A stretch of DNA of 63,960 nt, counting the filler, from Xylographa opegraphella (taxonomy: Eukaryota): the NCBI GenBank assembly GCA_022813865.1. It is 7 parts of 7 records of this genome, joined end to end, with 100 filler letters (N's around TTAATTAATTAA, not from the genome) between each part and the next. Parts side by side here need not be neighbours in the genome. Positions count along the whole stretch, not along the records: positions 49,475 to 58,757 come from JALDZX010000182.1; positions 58,858 to 63,960 come from JALDZX010000240.1; 5 more parts are not named here. The stretch is one strand, 5' to 3'. The notes under the pieces are model-generated. The model had not been told where the DNA came from and ran no database searches. It was given only the letters and a program-made list of their open reading frames with translations. The translations under genes were made by a program, and so were the position numbers. Below are positions 51,179 through 63,960 of this stretch, one piece after another (within the stretch, counting starts at the first letter, position 1; each line of letters starts with the position of its first letter).

Positions 51179-51440
51179 TGTGGTGGATTCGGGGCGGGTC
51201 TTTTGGGCGCTTTTTGATTTGGAGCTTCCTTCCTCACGCATCTGCATATAGCGATAGAGCAGCAGAGCCACAACGGCAGTTNNNNNNNTTTTTTTCTTCT
51301 TTTCACTCTCTGTCGGACGGAAAGTGACCTTATTCAGAAAAGACTTGACCTAGCTGCGACCCCGATCCAATCCTTTTGCCTACCCCTTTGCCTACTCAAC
51401 TAGGCTGCTGCGGACTTCCTACGAATTCCTTTACACTACG
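51179..51440 (+). mobile_element. 3' LTR (family E) of the Gypsy element
   Basis: Follows PPT AAAAGGGGGGGGAGGA; starts TGTGGTG; GC-rich until about 51440; exact 3' end uncertain. Confidence 0.8.
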
Positions 51441-53629
51441 AATTGCTAAAATTAAACAAAAGTAAAAATAAAAAAATTTGAAAAATTTGAAAATATATAT
51501 AAAATATTATATTATTATAATGATTTTTAATACGAATATTTGATAAAAACTATCAAAATTTATTATTTCATTATATATATGAAAACAATTCGAATAAAAG
51601 TGAAAATACGAATAAAAACAAAAACGTAAATTATTTAATTTAATATATAAAGCATTTAATGAGCTCGCACTGAATATTATTATTACGTTGTAATAATAAT
51701 AAAATAATAAATTATATTTTCACGCGCTATTCGACGTTAATAATTATTTTCGCGATAACGTAATAATAAAATTAATTTCATTTAATAAAACGCGTTATTG
51801 TAAAACGCGCGGATTTATAAATAAAGAATTTATTTATTAGATTTATTTAATTTTTATTCAATTTAATTTGCAGTTAAATTAAAAACGCAGCGCCTGCGTT
51901 ATAATTACGTAAATATAATACGTATTTAAAGTAAAGAATAAAATTTTTTATATTTATAAAGTTTTAAATTTACTAGGCGGCGGAATATAATAACGAAAAT
52001 AATAAAAATTAAATTATAAATATTTTATTAATTATTATATAAACGTTATTAATATATTTTAATAAAATTTCGTTAATTACGCGCTTCGCCGACGTATTAT
52101 ATACAAATAGTAAACGAATATATTTATTTAAAATTTTCGTTAAAACGTATTACGCAGGTGAAAAAACATACGAATAATTTATAAATTATAATAAATAAAT
52201 TATATAATAAAAACGTAAATTTTATTAAAAAAAGAATATAAATTTAATTAATAAATTATAACGCTATACATTGTTTAATAAAAATATATTTAACGCGTAA
52301 TTTGCGAAATATAATCGATTTATTTAAAAGAATTATAAGTAATAAAAACGTATAAAAAACGTTAAAAGGTATATACGCGAGTCGTAATGTATAATGATTA
52401 TTTTTGATAGCCTTCAAAACCTTGTTTTTTTAATAAACTTTAGTTTTAAAATATTTTAAATATAATATATATTATGTGTTTAATATATAAATCGAAATCT
52501 TTAAATATTATATCTAAAATTTTAAATTTAAAAATTTACGCGAAAGCGGCGATTATATTTTATATTGCGAGTTTTGAATTCTGAATATGAACCTGAGCTG
52601 TAATTTTTTTTACCTTATTTGTATATTTTAACGAGTTATTATATAATTAAACCTTTTTTTGATAATTATAATTCAGTTTTTCTACATTATCACAGATTAT
52701 AAATTCTGTAATCAAGCGTTTATCTTATAAAGATTAATATTATTAATATTATTTAATTATTCGAAACGCTAAAAATAGCTCGTTTCTTTTATCAGTTAAA
52801 AAACGTAATTCTTTTAGCGAGTTACAATTTTATAAATTGAATTTAATATTATTTCGTAAAAAAAATTTAATTAATTTTTTTTATAAATTAATATTTTTAT
52901 TATTAAATTTTTTTAATAATTAATTTTTTTTATTAATTAATTTTTTCTATTAATTTATTTTTTTTATTAATCAACTTTTTCTATTAATTATTATATTTAC
53001 CATTTCCTGAATTATGTATTTAAAAAATGAAATTTTTTTGTACCGCGAGGTAACGTGGCCTTTTTATTTATTTTTAGAGAAAAAACTTTTAATCTGTATT
53101 ATTAAAACCATTTTTAATAAAACCTTTTGTACTTATTCTAACTTTTTCGATCGAAAACGTTATAATAATTTAAATTTACTTTCGTTTTAAAACTTTTATC
53201 GAAATCGATTATGAATTCATTTGATACGTTTTTTCGTTTTTTAAAAATTTAGTCAAGCAGATTACGATTAATAACGTTAAATTTATTAACTTTCAATTTA
53301 ATTCTTTAAAATTAATTGATTTTATCGGCTTATTTTAAGTAATACGAGCGAGATTTTTAGAATTTAAAATTTAAAATTAAAATTAAACAATAAATAAAAT
53401 AACTTTTAAATTCGACGTAAAAAAACTTATCGAAATTGTTTTCTACTTATTATTAGTATTCTTATAAAAAATACATATTAAAAAGTCTTTACTGTAAATT
53501 TTTAAATCTTTATAAATTTTACCACTTTAATTAATAGTCGATGAAATATTTATAATAAAAAACGATTTAAAAATCGAACGTACCCGAATCTCTCGATGCT
53601 TTAAAAAATAAAAAATAAAAGATATAAAC

Positions 53630-53819
53630 TGTTGAATTTAATCACTAGGCACAGGGGTTTTGGCAGCAGATAGCAGTGCATTGCTTAATCACTAAGAAGG
53701 TGAAGAGTTCTCCTGAAGCGGAAGCTTCAGAAGACTNTTCGAGTCCTGTACTAAGCTAGTCCTAATTGGCTATAGTACAAGCCGACAATACAGGCTGCTA
53801 ACCCCCTGGATTTTCAACA
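53630..53819. mobile_element. Solo LTR family D (190 bp), Copia-like, 5-bp TSD TAAAC
   Basis: TGTTGAA...TTCAACA inverted termini, TAAAC on both flanks. Confidence 0.9.
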
Positions 53820-55829
53820 TAAACGATAATAATTATTAAAGTATTAAATTTAATAAAGCTCAGTAAAAGATTTGAAGATTAATAATTTAATATATATAAA
53901 TTCTTATTTTGTTAAAAAAAGTTTCATTTCCTCGGTTCGTTTTAGTTAATTAAAACGGTCAAAATAATAAATATAAAAATAATAATTATTGAAAATCGGT
54001 CGATACTGATTTATTTCATTTAAATATGTTAATAAAGTAAAGCAAAAAAATATTATTAATAAAGATTTAAAGAATTATTATAAAAATATTTATAATTTTA
54101 TAAATCGATTACGTATCGTAGCAAATATTAAAAATATTGTAAAAATACGATAAAATTTAAGTACGTACTTTCGTGGCGAGGTCGAATTATAATAAAATAT
54201 TTAATTTAACGAAATTATAATACTCGATTTAATAATTTATTTAAATAACGTTAAAGAATTTTGCAAGGCTCTCGAACGACGTTTTTAATCGTTATTAAAC
54301 GAAATCTTTATTAAATACGTTAATACGCGTTATATTACAAAAAATATACGAAATCGTCGTAATTTCGTAAAATATATTAATATATTTATTATTACTGCAA
54401 GAAAATATAATTAAAGCGAATTTAAGTTTAAATTCGTAGTTTGAATTTAAATATATATTGATCTATTTTTAAAAATTTTTTATTAAATAAACCAAATATC
54501 GATATTATTATATAAATATTTCTTAAAGTTTTAAATTCGAAATAAGCAAATTAATTTAATAAGTATGAATTATTTAATTATTCGTAGTTAAATATTTAAA
54601 TTTAATTTAAATTTAACTTTAAAAATAAGTAAAATCATGGTTTTTTTAATTTTTCGAAAAAAAATCTTTAAAATAATTCGAAAAATTCTAAAAATTTTGA
54701 TTATTTTTTCAGGGTTATTTTTTTGTAAAATATTTTTTTATTCTTTTTTTAAGGCTATTTAAACCGTTTTTTGTTTTAAGTTTTTTAACGTTTTTTTGTT
54801 TAACGCAGTTTAATAATTACAGCAACTATTATTCTTTATTCAGGGAAATACGTTGAATAATTAATTTAAAATTTAAAATACAAACAACGCGGTCGAAAAA
54901 GCTTCGCAATATTTTAAAAAAAAATTATTAAAATAACTACTAACCTTCGAAATAGTAATCAATAATGTATTATAATAAAAACGCTAAAATTATTGAAAAC
55001 GTAACACTCGTTATTATTAATATTAATTTTTTTTAATAATAAGCAAGCTCAAGTTTATTATAATTAATTTTATTATTATAACGTATAAAATAAATAATCG
55101 TATAATCTTTAAAATTAAACTTATAATATATATTTAAATAGTATTGAAGTTTTCCTAAAAAACGATAAACCTGCGATATATTTTATAATATTAAAATATT
55201 AAACCAATATTAAAATATTAAACCAATATATATATTGAACTAAAAAGATATAAAGTTAATCTTAATGAAAGTGAGGAGATATTTAGGGCTTCGCCCTGAA
55301 TATCTCCTATATTAATTATATTTAAAAGGTTCGAAAGGAAATTAAAAAAGAAATAAAAAAAGCCCGCAGGGTTTTTGCTTATTTTTTAAAAAATTTTATT
55401 CTTGAATAATTATATTCGCCTCGAAGACCCTCTTCGAGGGCGTTTTTCGGGAACTTAAATTTGTAAATTTTTATTTTCATATTTTTATTATATATAGATA
55501 TCGAGGCCTATTATTAATAAAATTATTACCGGGTAGCGTTTCCTTATCGAGTAGTATTTCGATATCGAATAATAAAAAAATACCTTAATAAAGAGTTAAC
55601 TATTTTATTTTTTAATGCCTTTATAAACATAGTTTCGTTTTTTATCCTTTTACCCTCGAGTAGCTGCAAAGTTAATTGTAAAACGATTATATTTTTTTAT
55701 TTAAATAAAATATACGACGCGATCGTCTCGTGCGTTTTTTTATATAAAAATAATTAAAATAAATTTTTTTTAAATCGTAAATTTTTTTTTTACAAAATTC
55801 GATATACAACGCAGTTAATAAAATAATAA

Positions 55830-58600
55830 AAATATTTAACAATTTCAAATAAAGTATCATAAGGCTGAGTTAATGAGCCGTTAAATCGATTTTTTCGTAA
55901 AGAATTTATTAAAGGGCTTTACGCTCGAGTTGAAATCTTTTAATTAATATTTTGAATTTAATAGTTTAATAAATTTATTAAATTTAAAAAAAATTAAAAA
56001 GCTTAATAAATTCGTCGACCGCTATATTTTTAATAAATATTTATTGATCATTAATACGATCGCGTTAAACTTACTTTTTAAATTAATTATAATAAACGTC
56101 GATGTATTTACTATATTTATAGTATTTCAAGTTATATAATAATTTAATCAACTTTCGATTATTTTCGAATAAGATGGTTTTTTTGAGAAATATTTAATTA
56201 TAATTTAGTAAAAAATTAAACTTTTATAATGATATTCCTTTTTTATACTTTTTATAAACCGTTATATAGTCGGCCTCGTAAATAAATATTGTAATAATTT
56301 TTTATTTAGTCGTTGTTTTATTAATCGATTTACCGGCTATTTTAAAACAATAATTAATAATAAAGCATCGGTATTTACGTCGTCGGTATAATTACTATTA
56401 ATTTATTTTTGTACGAAAGGGCCAGTTTAACAAATAATCTTTGAATTAAACGTGGTTTTAATATAAATAAAAGTTTAACGTAACGCGTTTTAGTAAAATT
56501 AGTTGAAATTTAACGCGAATTAGAAAATTTTTAAATTTTTTAATATAATATTTAATTCAATATGTATTATTAAATATATCGAAGATTTCATTTTTAATTT
56601 TTAATTAATATTTAACAATATTCCCGACGTTAATCTGATTAATAAATTTTTATAAAAACGCGTTAACGATTATAAACGTGGCTACGGGAGTAATCTTTTT
56701 ATAATCGTATTTTTTAAAAATTTATTAAATATAATATAATTAATTTATATAAACGTTTTCGTTAAAAGCGTTTCGAGTAATATTAATATTGAAGAAAAAC
56801 TTCGATTCATTTAAATCTTTATTCAAAATTTCGACGATAGTTGATTTTTTAATAATTAAATAACGATCAATACCTAGTTGAATAGCAATAAATTATTAAC
56901 GTATACAATTATTATAATATCGTTTTTATTAATAAATAAAGCAAGATTTTTGAAGTATTATCGAAATTTTAGCCAGCGTAAATATTCAAATTTTTTAATA
57001 TATTATATTCAATTCAATTATTTATATTTATATAAAAAATTTCGAAATTTATAATAAAAGCCTCTCGGGATTTCGAAGCCTATAAATTATTCGATATAAA
57101 ATTTTCGATTATATTAACGTTTAAATAAATTATTTTAATGTTTATTTAGTAAATTAATATTTAAAATATAACTACGAGAGCGAATAAAAATTTATCAATA
57201 ACAAATTTAATTATTAAAGCAAAAAATTTATCGTAATTAATCTCGTATTATTATTAAAAATCCTTCACAATTTAATAAATTTTATATTTAAGAATTCTTT
57301 TTTAAAAATTAATTTTAACGTAAATATTTATTTATTTTTAATAAAATCTCGATTTTTAAATAAAAATAAAAATATTTATATTATAAACGTTATTAAATTG
57401 CAATATTCGTTTTTTATAGCGATTTATTATTTAAAAATGTTGAAGCTGGCCATGGCTTTCGCGCAAATTTTAAAGGGGTATAATAGAACTTTATTATTAT
57501 TATTCTTTTAAAAAATCAAATTTTTTTAACGCAAGTTAAATCGAATTATTTTAAAATTAAATTTCTAATAAAATTTATTAATCTCTTTTTTTAGTCTTTT
57601 ATCGGGCGGGTTTTTAGAAGTAAATTTTTACAATTATTATTATCGTTATTAAAATTGTTCTTTGAGGTTCGCCAAGTTTTTAAAATTCTTTTAATTTAAT
57701 TCTTCGTTATTAAGATTTTTATTAAAGTTAAACCCGTTAAAAAATCTAAATTCGAGAAATAATTTAATATCGTTATAATATTATTAATAAAATACTTTAA
57801 TCTTGATTTCGTTGTTGTGTTTATTATTTATATTATTTATTAAATTTTCGTTTATATTTCTAAAGTCGATCTCGAAGTCGTAATCGAATTTTTCGTTAAT
57901 ATAGCCGTTTTAAATTATTACTTCGATGGGTTTAAAAGCTTAAATAACATTTTATTATTAAATTTTGTTAATATGAATTTAACATATTTTAATAATACAA
58001 TCAATATCGATATCGATATTTTATATTCAATAAATATTAATATTTTCGTAGCCAATTAAATAAAATAAAAATTTTCGAAATAATATTTTTCGTCGCTAAA
58101 GCTTTTTAAATTCGTAGTAAGTATAAACGAGCGATTTAAAAGATTTTAATTAAATAAAATAAAATTATTCGTTAATTTATAATTTAAACAGAATGTTGTC
58201 GAAGATCGCCCGGGTAAGAGATTAATTAATAATATAAATAATGTAACGTAATATTTCGTTTTAAAAACTTTTCGATAGTTTATTATTAATAAGCAGCGTT
58301 TTAATTTAATTTATCAAAATTCGATTTAAACGCTCGATTATTTTATTTTAATAATAAATATAAACGTTAATTTTATTAACGTTATTTTTTAATTTAATTT
58401 GATTTAAAATACGACCTTAATTTTATTGCGTATTATTTACCCTCGTCGTAACGAATTTATTTAATCTTAAACCTTTTTTATCGTTCGATTTAAACTATAA
58501 ATCGCTAAAAAAAACTTTGGCGAGAATAGGGTTTTCGATATTTTTAAGGAAATATGAGCGAGTATATCGTAAATAATTAATAATAATAAAAAAAGTATCG
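55830..58600 (-). mobile_element. Heavily RIP-degraded Ty1/Copia pol relic (RT-RNase H)
   Basis: Minus-strand translation with RIP reversal: NYDKFFALIIK (DYDETFAPV), Y*INIKIIYLN (HQMDVKTAYLN), IIIVYVNNLLL (YVDDLL, about 56900), FYEADY (STCEAEY, about 56270). Boundaries approximate. Confidence 0.7.
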
Positions 58601-58857
58601 AATATTAATGATTTTTGTCTCAGATTTTGTAATTATTAATAAAGGGTTTTAAATATTATTATAAATAAATTTTAACTGTTTTTGCGCACGTCGTTGTTAA
58701 GGTTCTCACCTTCACAGGGTAGGGCTAAGACACTAGGGGACTAGCGCCCGGTCGAGANNNNNNNNNNNNNNNNNNNNNNNNNNNNNNNNNNNNNNNNNNN
58801 NTTAATTAATTAANNNNNNNNNNNNNNNNNNNNNNNNNNNNNNNNNNNNNNNNNNNN

Positions 58858-59452
58858 ACTCATGTCCATGGCCAACACTCTGATAAAATAGATCTTTCGG
58901 CAATTAACATCAACTCCGTTAGCAGAGCTCGGTCGACTTCGCCACTCGGCAGGCAGCAATGGCGTGAAAAAGGTCTTTGCGTACGATGTGGATCCGCCTC
59001 TCATTGGGTAAAGGCATGCCCCCTACAACCCGCTTCACCTTCTGCGATCAGTCGTCGCCCATTTTTCAAGCCTCAGCCTTCGGCAGACCAATCAGATGGC
59101 TCAGAGATCAACTTTGATAACAGTGAAAGTGATAGAGAAGAAGGCGATAATGGGTTTGACACAGCTTGGGCTAAAAGACCACTGTCACCATAGGGACTGG
59201 GCATTCGTTTGTTTCATTAAGAAAAAGGACTTCTTTCTAGATGTGAAGCCCTCTTTTGAGGGGGGTAGTGTGACGATTATGACATCAGTCACAAGAAATA
59301 GGGGTCGGGCTGGATCAGGACTAGCACCTTTAGTATATAGTCTCGCCCATGGAGCAGCCTTCACCGCTTCTCCATCTTAATCTGGGTTGAAATCGTCCAC
59401 CTAAAGCTTACGTTCTAGGCGTGCTTGTGTGGTGAGTTGATGAGCCGTAACA
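58858..59452 (+). mobile_element. 3' half of a second, less mutated gag-only element (family A)
   Basis: Intact knuckle LCVRCGSASHWVKACP, gag stop, about 70-nt 3' UTR, PPT GAGGGGGGTAG, LTR 59269-59452. Confidence 0.9.
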
Positions 59453-62400
59453 CGGTTTAAACTTTAATAATCTACAAATTTAAAAAAAAGCTCGAAAATT
59501 AAATTAATAAAAAAATTAACAAGTTAATAACGCCGATAAGAATTAAAAAAATTAAAAATATAAAATTATCGTGTAAACCTAGAACATTTATATTTTAATA
59601 TAATTTACAGTAGTATTTATATAACTATTTACTGCAACTTTATTCAAAAAACCATAAATATAATAACTATACAGAAAAAGTTTATTATAATATTTAAATT
59701 TAAAATAAATATTTTAAAAATAAATGCCCTTGGCATTTAAAAAAAATAAATCAAGATATTTACAGTTTTTAAAATACGTACAAGAGTTTTGCTATAAACT
59801 TATTATACATAAAATTCGTTTAAAAAAACTGCGGAAATTAATTATAGCAATAATATTTCTATAAAAAATAAATAATATATATAAAAATTAAAGAAGTTTA
59901 CGGCTATTTTAAACCAAATTCTTTATATATATCGTAAAGAAATATATAAAAAATAATTATAATATACTTTAAAAGACATTAGAAAAAACCAGACTATATA
60001 AACTTTATAAAAATATCGATTAAAATAAACGATTATCGAACAATCGTATTATTAAACATTAGAATTAATTTAAATTATATGTATAATACTTTCGTGAAGA
60101 GCTGCGGTTTCGAGTTTTCAATTTCCAAATAAATTTAAATAATAATAGCCGACTAATAATTTAAAAAAAACGATATATAAAACAATTTTCTGTCGCTGTT
60201 TATTAGTAATATAAAAATAGTTTTTAATATAATTATTATAATCAAATGTTATATTATTCTAGGCTTATTTCAATAAATTAAATGCATCGTATTTTAAAAT
60301 TAAAATAAAAAAGTATTTACGAAAAAGAATATTAATCGTGTTATTAATATATATTTTATATATTGATACAAAACGATAATAAATAAAAAAGAAATCGAGA
60401 ATCGATCGAGATTATAAGATTTTTTATTTTTGAATAAAAATGATTTTGTTTAAAGGTTCGACTCGACACGTATTAACAAGAATTAATAAAGTGAATAAAA
60501 TTAAAATTAAAAAAAATAACGTACCTTTTAATATCCCTAAGAAGTATAAAATATACATATAGTTTTTTTTAAGAAAAAAGTTTTTTTTTAAAAAAAACGG
60601 GTTTAACGCCTTATTTAAGTATTAGTTTTAAAATTACGAAATTAATCTGGAACAAAAAAATTAATATTTAAATTTATATATAATATATTAAAAAAGTCTT
60701 TTAAAAGTTTCGTCAATATATTAATAAAAGTTTAAAAAAAGAATTTATACGGGAATCGAAATTCTTAGCAAAATACTTTATAGTATTTATATTTAGAAAA
60801 ACCGAAAGTTTAAAACCTTGCATCGATTTTCGAAAATGAAATAAGATTATTTTTAAAAATCGATATTAACTATTAAAAATTAGCGAAATACAATATGAAT
60901 TTAATAATATAAAATTTTTATTAAATTTAACCTTTAAAACGTATATAATTTAATTAAAATAAAAGGACGGAAAATAAAAAACTGCGTTTCGAAGTAAATA
61001 TAATTATTATAATTATTAAATTATATTTTTTAAATTGATTAATATACTAACTATTTATTAAATATTGATCAATAACGTATTAAAAACATATTTAAATTCA
61101 ACGCCAATAATTTATTTTAACGATATATTTATTTACTCGAAATTAGCTAGAAAAAATATATAAAAAATATATAAAAAAAATATATAAAATATTTATATAT
61201 TTCAAAAAGGCGAAATTACTTTTAAATTAAAAAAGAATAAATCTAGCAAAAATCAAACAGCTTTTTCAAAATTTATAATGAATAAAAACGAAATTAAAAT
61301 ATATTTAAAAAATAAACTATATTTAAATAGCGTCAATTAATAATAGTAAAAAGAATTGAAAATTCCTACGGTTTACAAATTTTAATAGAATTTTTATCAA
61401 AAATTATTTCAAAAAGGCGATATCTTTTACGAATTTAATGTATAAAAATCAAAATTTCAATTAGAATTCAAATTAATAATAAGCTTTTAATATTTTAAAA
61501 GAAATTATATAAAATTACTAATTTTAATAATATTTTAAATAAAGAAATTTACTTAAATAAAAATTAACGTATCGAATTTGGCCATTAAAATATATTTATT
61601 GTAAATAAAAAATAATAAAAAATAGCATTTTATTATACATTATTTAAAGAAAATATCGTAAGCAGAATAAAACTACGATATTTATAATAAAGAACTATTT
61701 ATAATAGTAATATTTATATTAAACTAAAGAGTATATACTAAAAATTACTTAAAGTTTACGATATATACGAACCATAAAAATTTGCTAAATCTTATTACGA
61801 TAAAGGTATTTAAATAAAAAATAAATACGATAAATTAAACTTTTAAAATAATAAAAGTTCAAAATTATTTATACTTTAAGGAAAAAAATAAAAAAATTAA
61901 TATGTTTAGCAAAAAAATAAATTTTATAAATAAAAAATCAATAAATAGGGTACTACTAAAATTAAACAGTTAAAATATATTAATTTTAGTCAAATAAATC
62001 GTAGCTTTTAAAATAAAAACTGTAAAAAATATTTTAAAGATTTATTAATAAAGAAGCTAATTAAGTACTATTAGAATAAACTAATCAATAGTTACCCAGA
62101 AATTGCCAAAATAATAAGATTTATAAAAAGAAATTATGACTTTTTAAATATAAAAAAATATGAAAAAAATATATTAAAAAGTGCGTACTATATCAAAAGA
62201 ATGAATTAACCAGGCATATAGTATATAAAATTATTTATTTTATAAAAATATTAAAAGTATTAGAAAAATAAATTTTAATAAACTTTATTATTAAATTATC
62301 GAAATTCGAAAATTTTATTATTAACTAGCCGTACGATTTAATCATAATAATAATAAATAAATTTATTAAATATTTTATTATTATACCCTTTAAAAAATAT

Positions 62401-63300
62401 ATAGAACAAAATAATTAGTATTTTCAATATTAAACCGACTAGTACGAAACTATAAATTTTTGATAAAAACAATGTTGAATAAAAATAAACTATTTATATT
62501 TAATTTTTAAAGAACTTTAATATTTAAATTAAAGTTTAAATTAAAAAATTTAACCGTTTATTATTTTTAAACTAACCAATAAATCAAACGAATAAATTAA
62601 AAGTTAAAAATATACTTAAAATTATATCAACTATAAATAAAATTATTAAATATTATTGTTGTTATTAAAATAATTAGTAGTAAACGACAAGCAATTCGCA
62701 ATAACGAGTTTTACGCCTTTCTTTTACGAATATAAAGTAATATTTAAATATATTTAAAGAATCAAAATTAACGCTTAATAACGACAGAGCAATAATCTCA
62801 ATAAAAGATTTAAAAAAACGTACAACGCTTTGAAAAAAATTATATTCAAAAATTAAAAAATAAAATTATTTAAAATTAAATTATTAAAGAATAAACCTCA
62901 GCTAAAGAAAAGAGATAAAGTATCCTTTTTTTAATAAAAAATTTATTAATCAATGAAGAACGAAATAAAAAACTTGACTATATTAAAATCGAATTATTTT
63001 TAATAAGATGAATTAAAGAATTAGTTAATTATTTTCTCAATCTGCCTAAAAACGTAAAAGTATATTTAATATTTAATATTCTTTTGTAAAAATGAACGAA
63101 CTTTAATACTTTAATATAAACAACCTTTCGTTATAATGAAAAAATAGAAATTCAAAATAAAAAAGTTTTTAAAAAACTAAAAATAAAAGTATTTAATTAA
63201 ATAGAAAAGGTATTTTAAATTAAATAATATATAAAAATTATTTATCAACCTTGGGAATTGCCAGAAGCTTTTTTAAAAATTTCATTAAATAAATCTAAAC
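59453..63300 (+). mobile_element. Heavily RIP-degraded Ty3/Gypsy (chromovirus-type) pol relic
   Basis: KEFIRESKFLAKY, CIDFRK*NKIIFKNRY (about 60820), TAFRSKY, YFNDIFIYS (YLDD), INVSNLAI (TDAS), AE*NYDIYNKEL, then integrase-like and YLIK..W chromo-like traces near 63190-63260. Confidence 0.75.
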
Positions 63301-63898
63301 CGTCGAGAGAAAGGGATTCGAAAATCTTGAAAAAATTATTAATAAAATTTATAGCTTTTTTACGCTCGTTTTTCTTTAAAATCTCGATATTAAATATTTT
63401 TCAAATATATATCTTTTGAGAAGCTTGTTTTACAGTAGCTAGCTTTTTTCGAAATTAAATTTTTTTTTACTAATTTGTTTACAATGAAAAGTAATTATAT
63501 AATAACGTCAATCCATTATTTTTTTCCATCAAAATGTTTCTAATTTTATTCGAGCTCGATTCACATTAGTAAAAATTAACGAACAAAACGATTTCCATTT
63601 AATATAATTTACGCAATAATTTAAATTAATAAATATCTGGCAAGCCAAAATATTTTTCATATATTTATTGTAAAAATATGTCGCGAATTTCTGTTATACG
63701 CGAATAGCCTCGACGTGTTGCTTTCTTTTACTATAATCTAATATTTTATTTTTAAATATTATTAAAAAAAGAGAATTCTTAAGAAGAAAAAAAGTAAAAA
63801 AGAAATTAATATTAAATCTTTTACCTTTATAAAATAAATTCAAAACGTTAAAAAACTAACGCTTGATAAAAAACGACCCGGTTTTAAATACCCCTCGT

Positions 63899-63960
63899 TG
63901 TGACGGCTATGACATCAGTCACAAGTAATAGGGGTCGGGCTGGATCAGGACTAGCACCTT
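63899..63960 (+). mobile_element. LTR family A, 5' part at window end
   Basis: TGTGACGGCTATGACATCAGTCACAAGTAATAGGGG... Confidence 0.88.

Noticed and set aside
54860..54930. Mutator-like transposase motif (TNNAVEK)
   Set aside because: A single short motif in heavily mutated DNA is not enough to call the family.
51441..58690. AT-rich DNA as mitochondrial insertion or contaminant
   Set aside because: CpG retention, stop-riddled Copia motifs and homology to other dispersed repeats in the window indicate RIP-degraded nuclear transposons.
59269..63960. Full-length autonomous element formed by two family A LTRs flanking the Gypsy pol relic
   Set aside because: The left LTR is the 3' LTR of a gag-only copy (PPT before it, no PBS after); the right LTR has no PPT; the relic is far more RIP-degraded than the LTRs. 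Independent nested insertions fit better.

Overview
Draft-assembly DNA from a filamentous ascomycete (Pezizomycotina; inferred from intron structure, gene families and RIP-type decay). The window is not one locus. Six 100-nt N/TTAATTAATTAA linkers join seven pieces, and the five complete contigs shrink monotonically in length (9885, 9857, 9670, 9520, 9283 bp). They look like unplaced contigs concatenated by size, and most contig ends lie in young LTRs. GC-balanced islands carry core genes: EMC3, an MscS-like channel, a conserved membrane protein, xylose reductase, SDS22, NSA2, Rds1 and glutaminase GtaA. They also carry accessory or broken genes: a DCR2-like phosphoesterase, a helical/TPR-like protein, a bZIP, a chromodomain+AT-hook gene, a frameshifted HET gene, a decayed HeLo gene and an F-box-like gene. 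Between the islands lie very AT-rich RIP-degraded relics (a Copia, a chromovirus-type Gypsy, small dispersed repeats) with younger LTRs inserted. The most notable element is a multi-copy ~1.7-kb gag-only LTR retroelement with no pol. Its primer-binding site pairs with its own LTR (Tf1-like self-priming), and it shares a structured, covarying U5 with a second LTR family. Family calls come from motif recognition by eye; no database searches were run.
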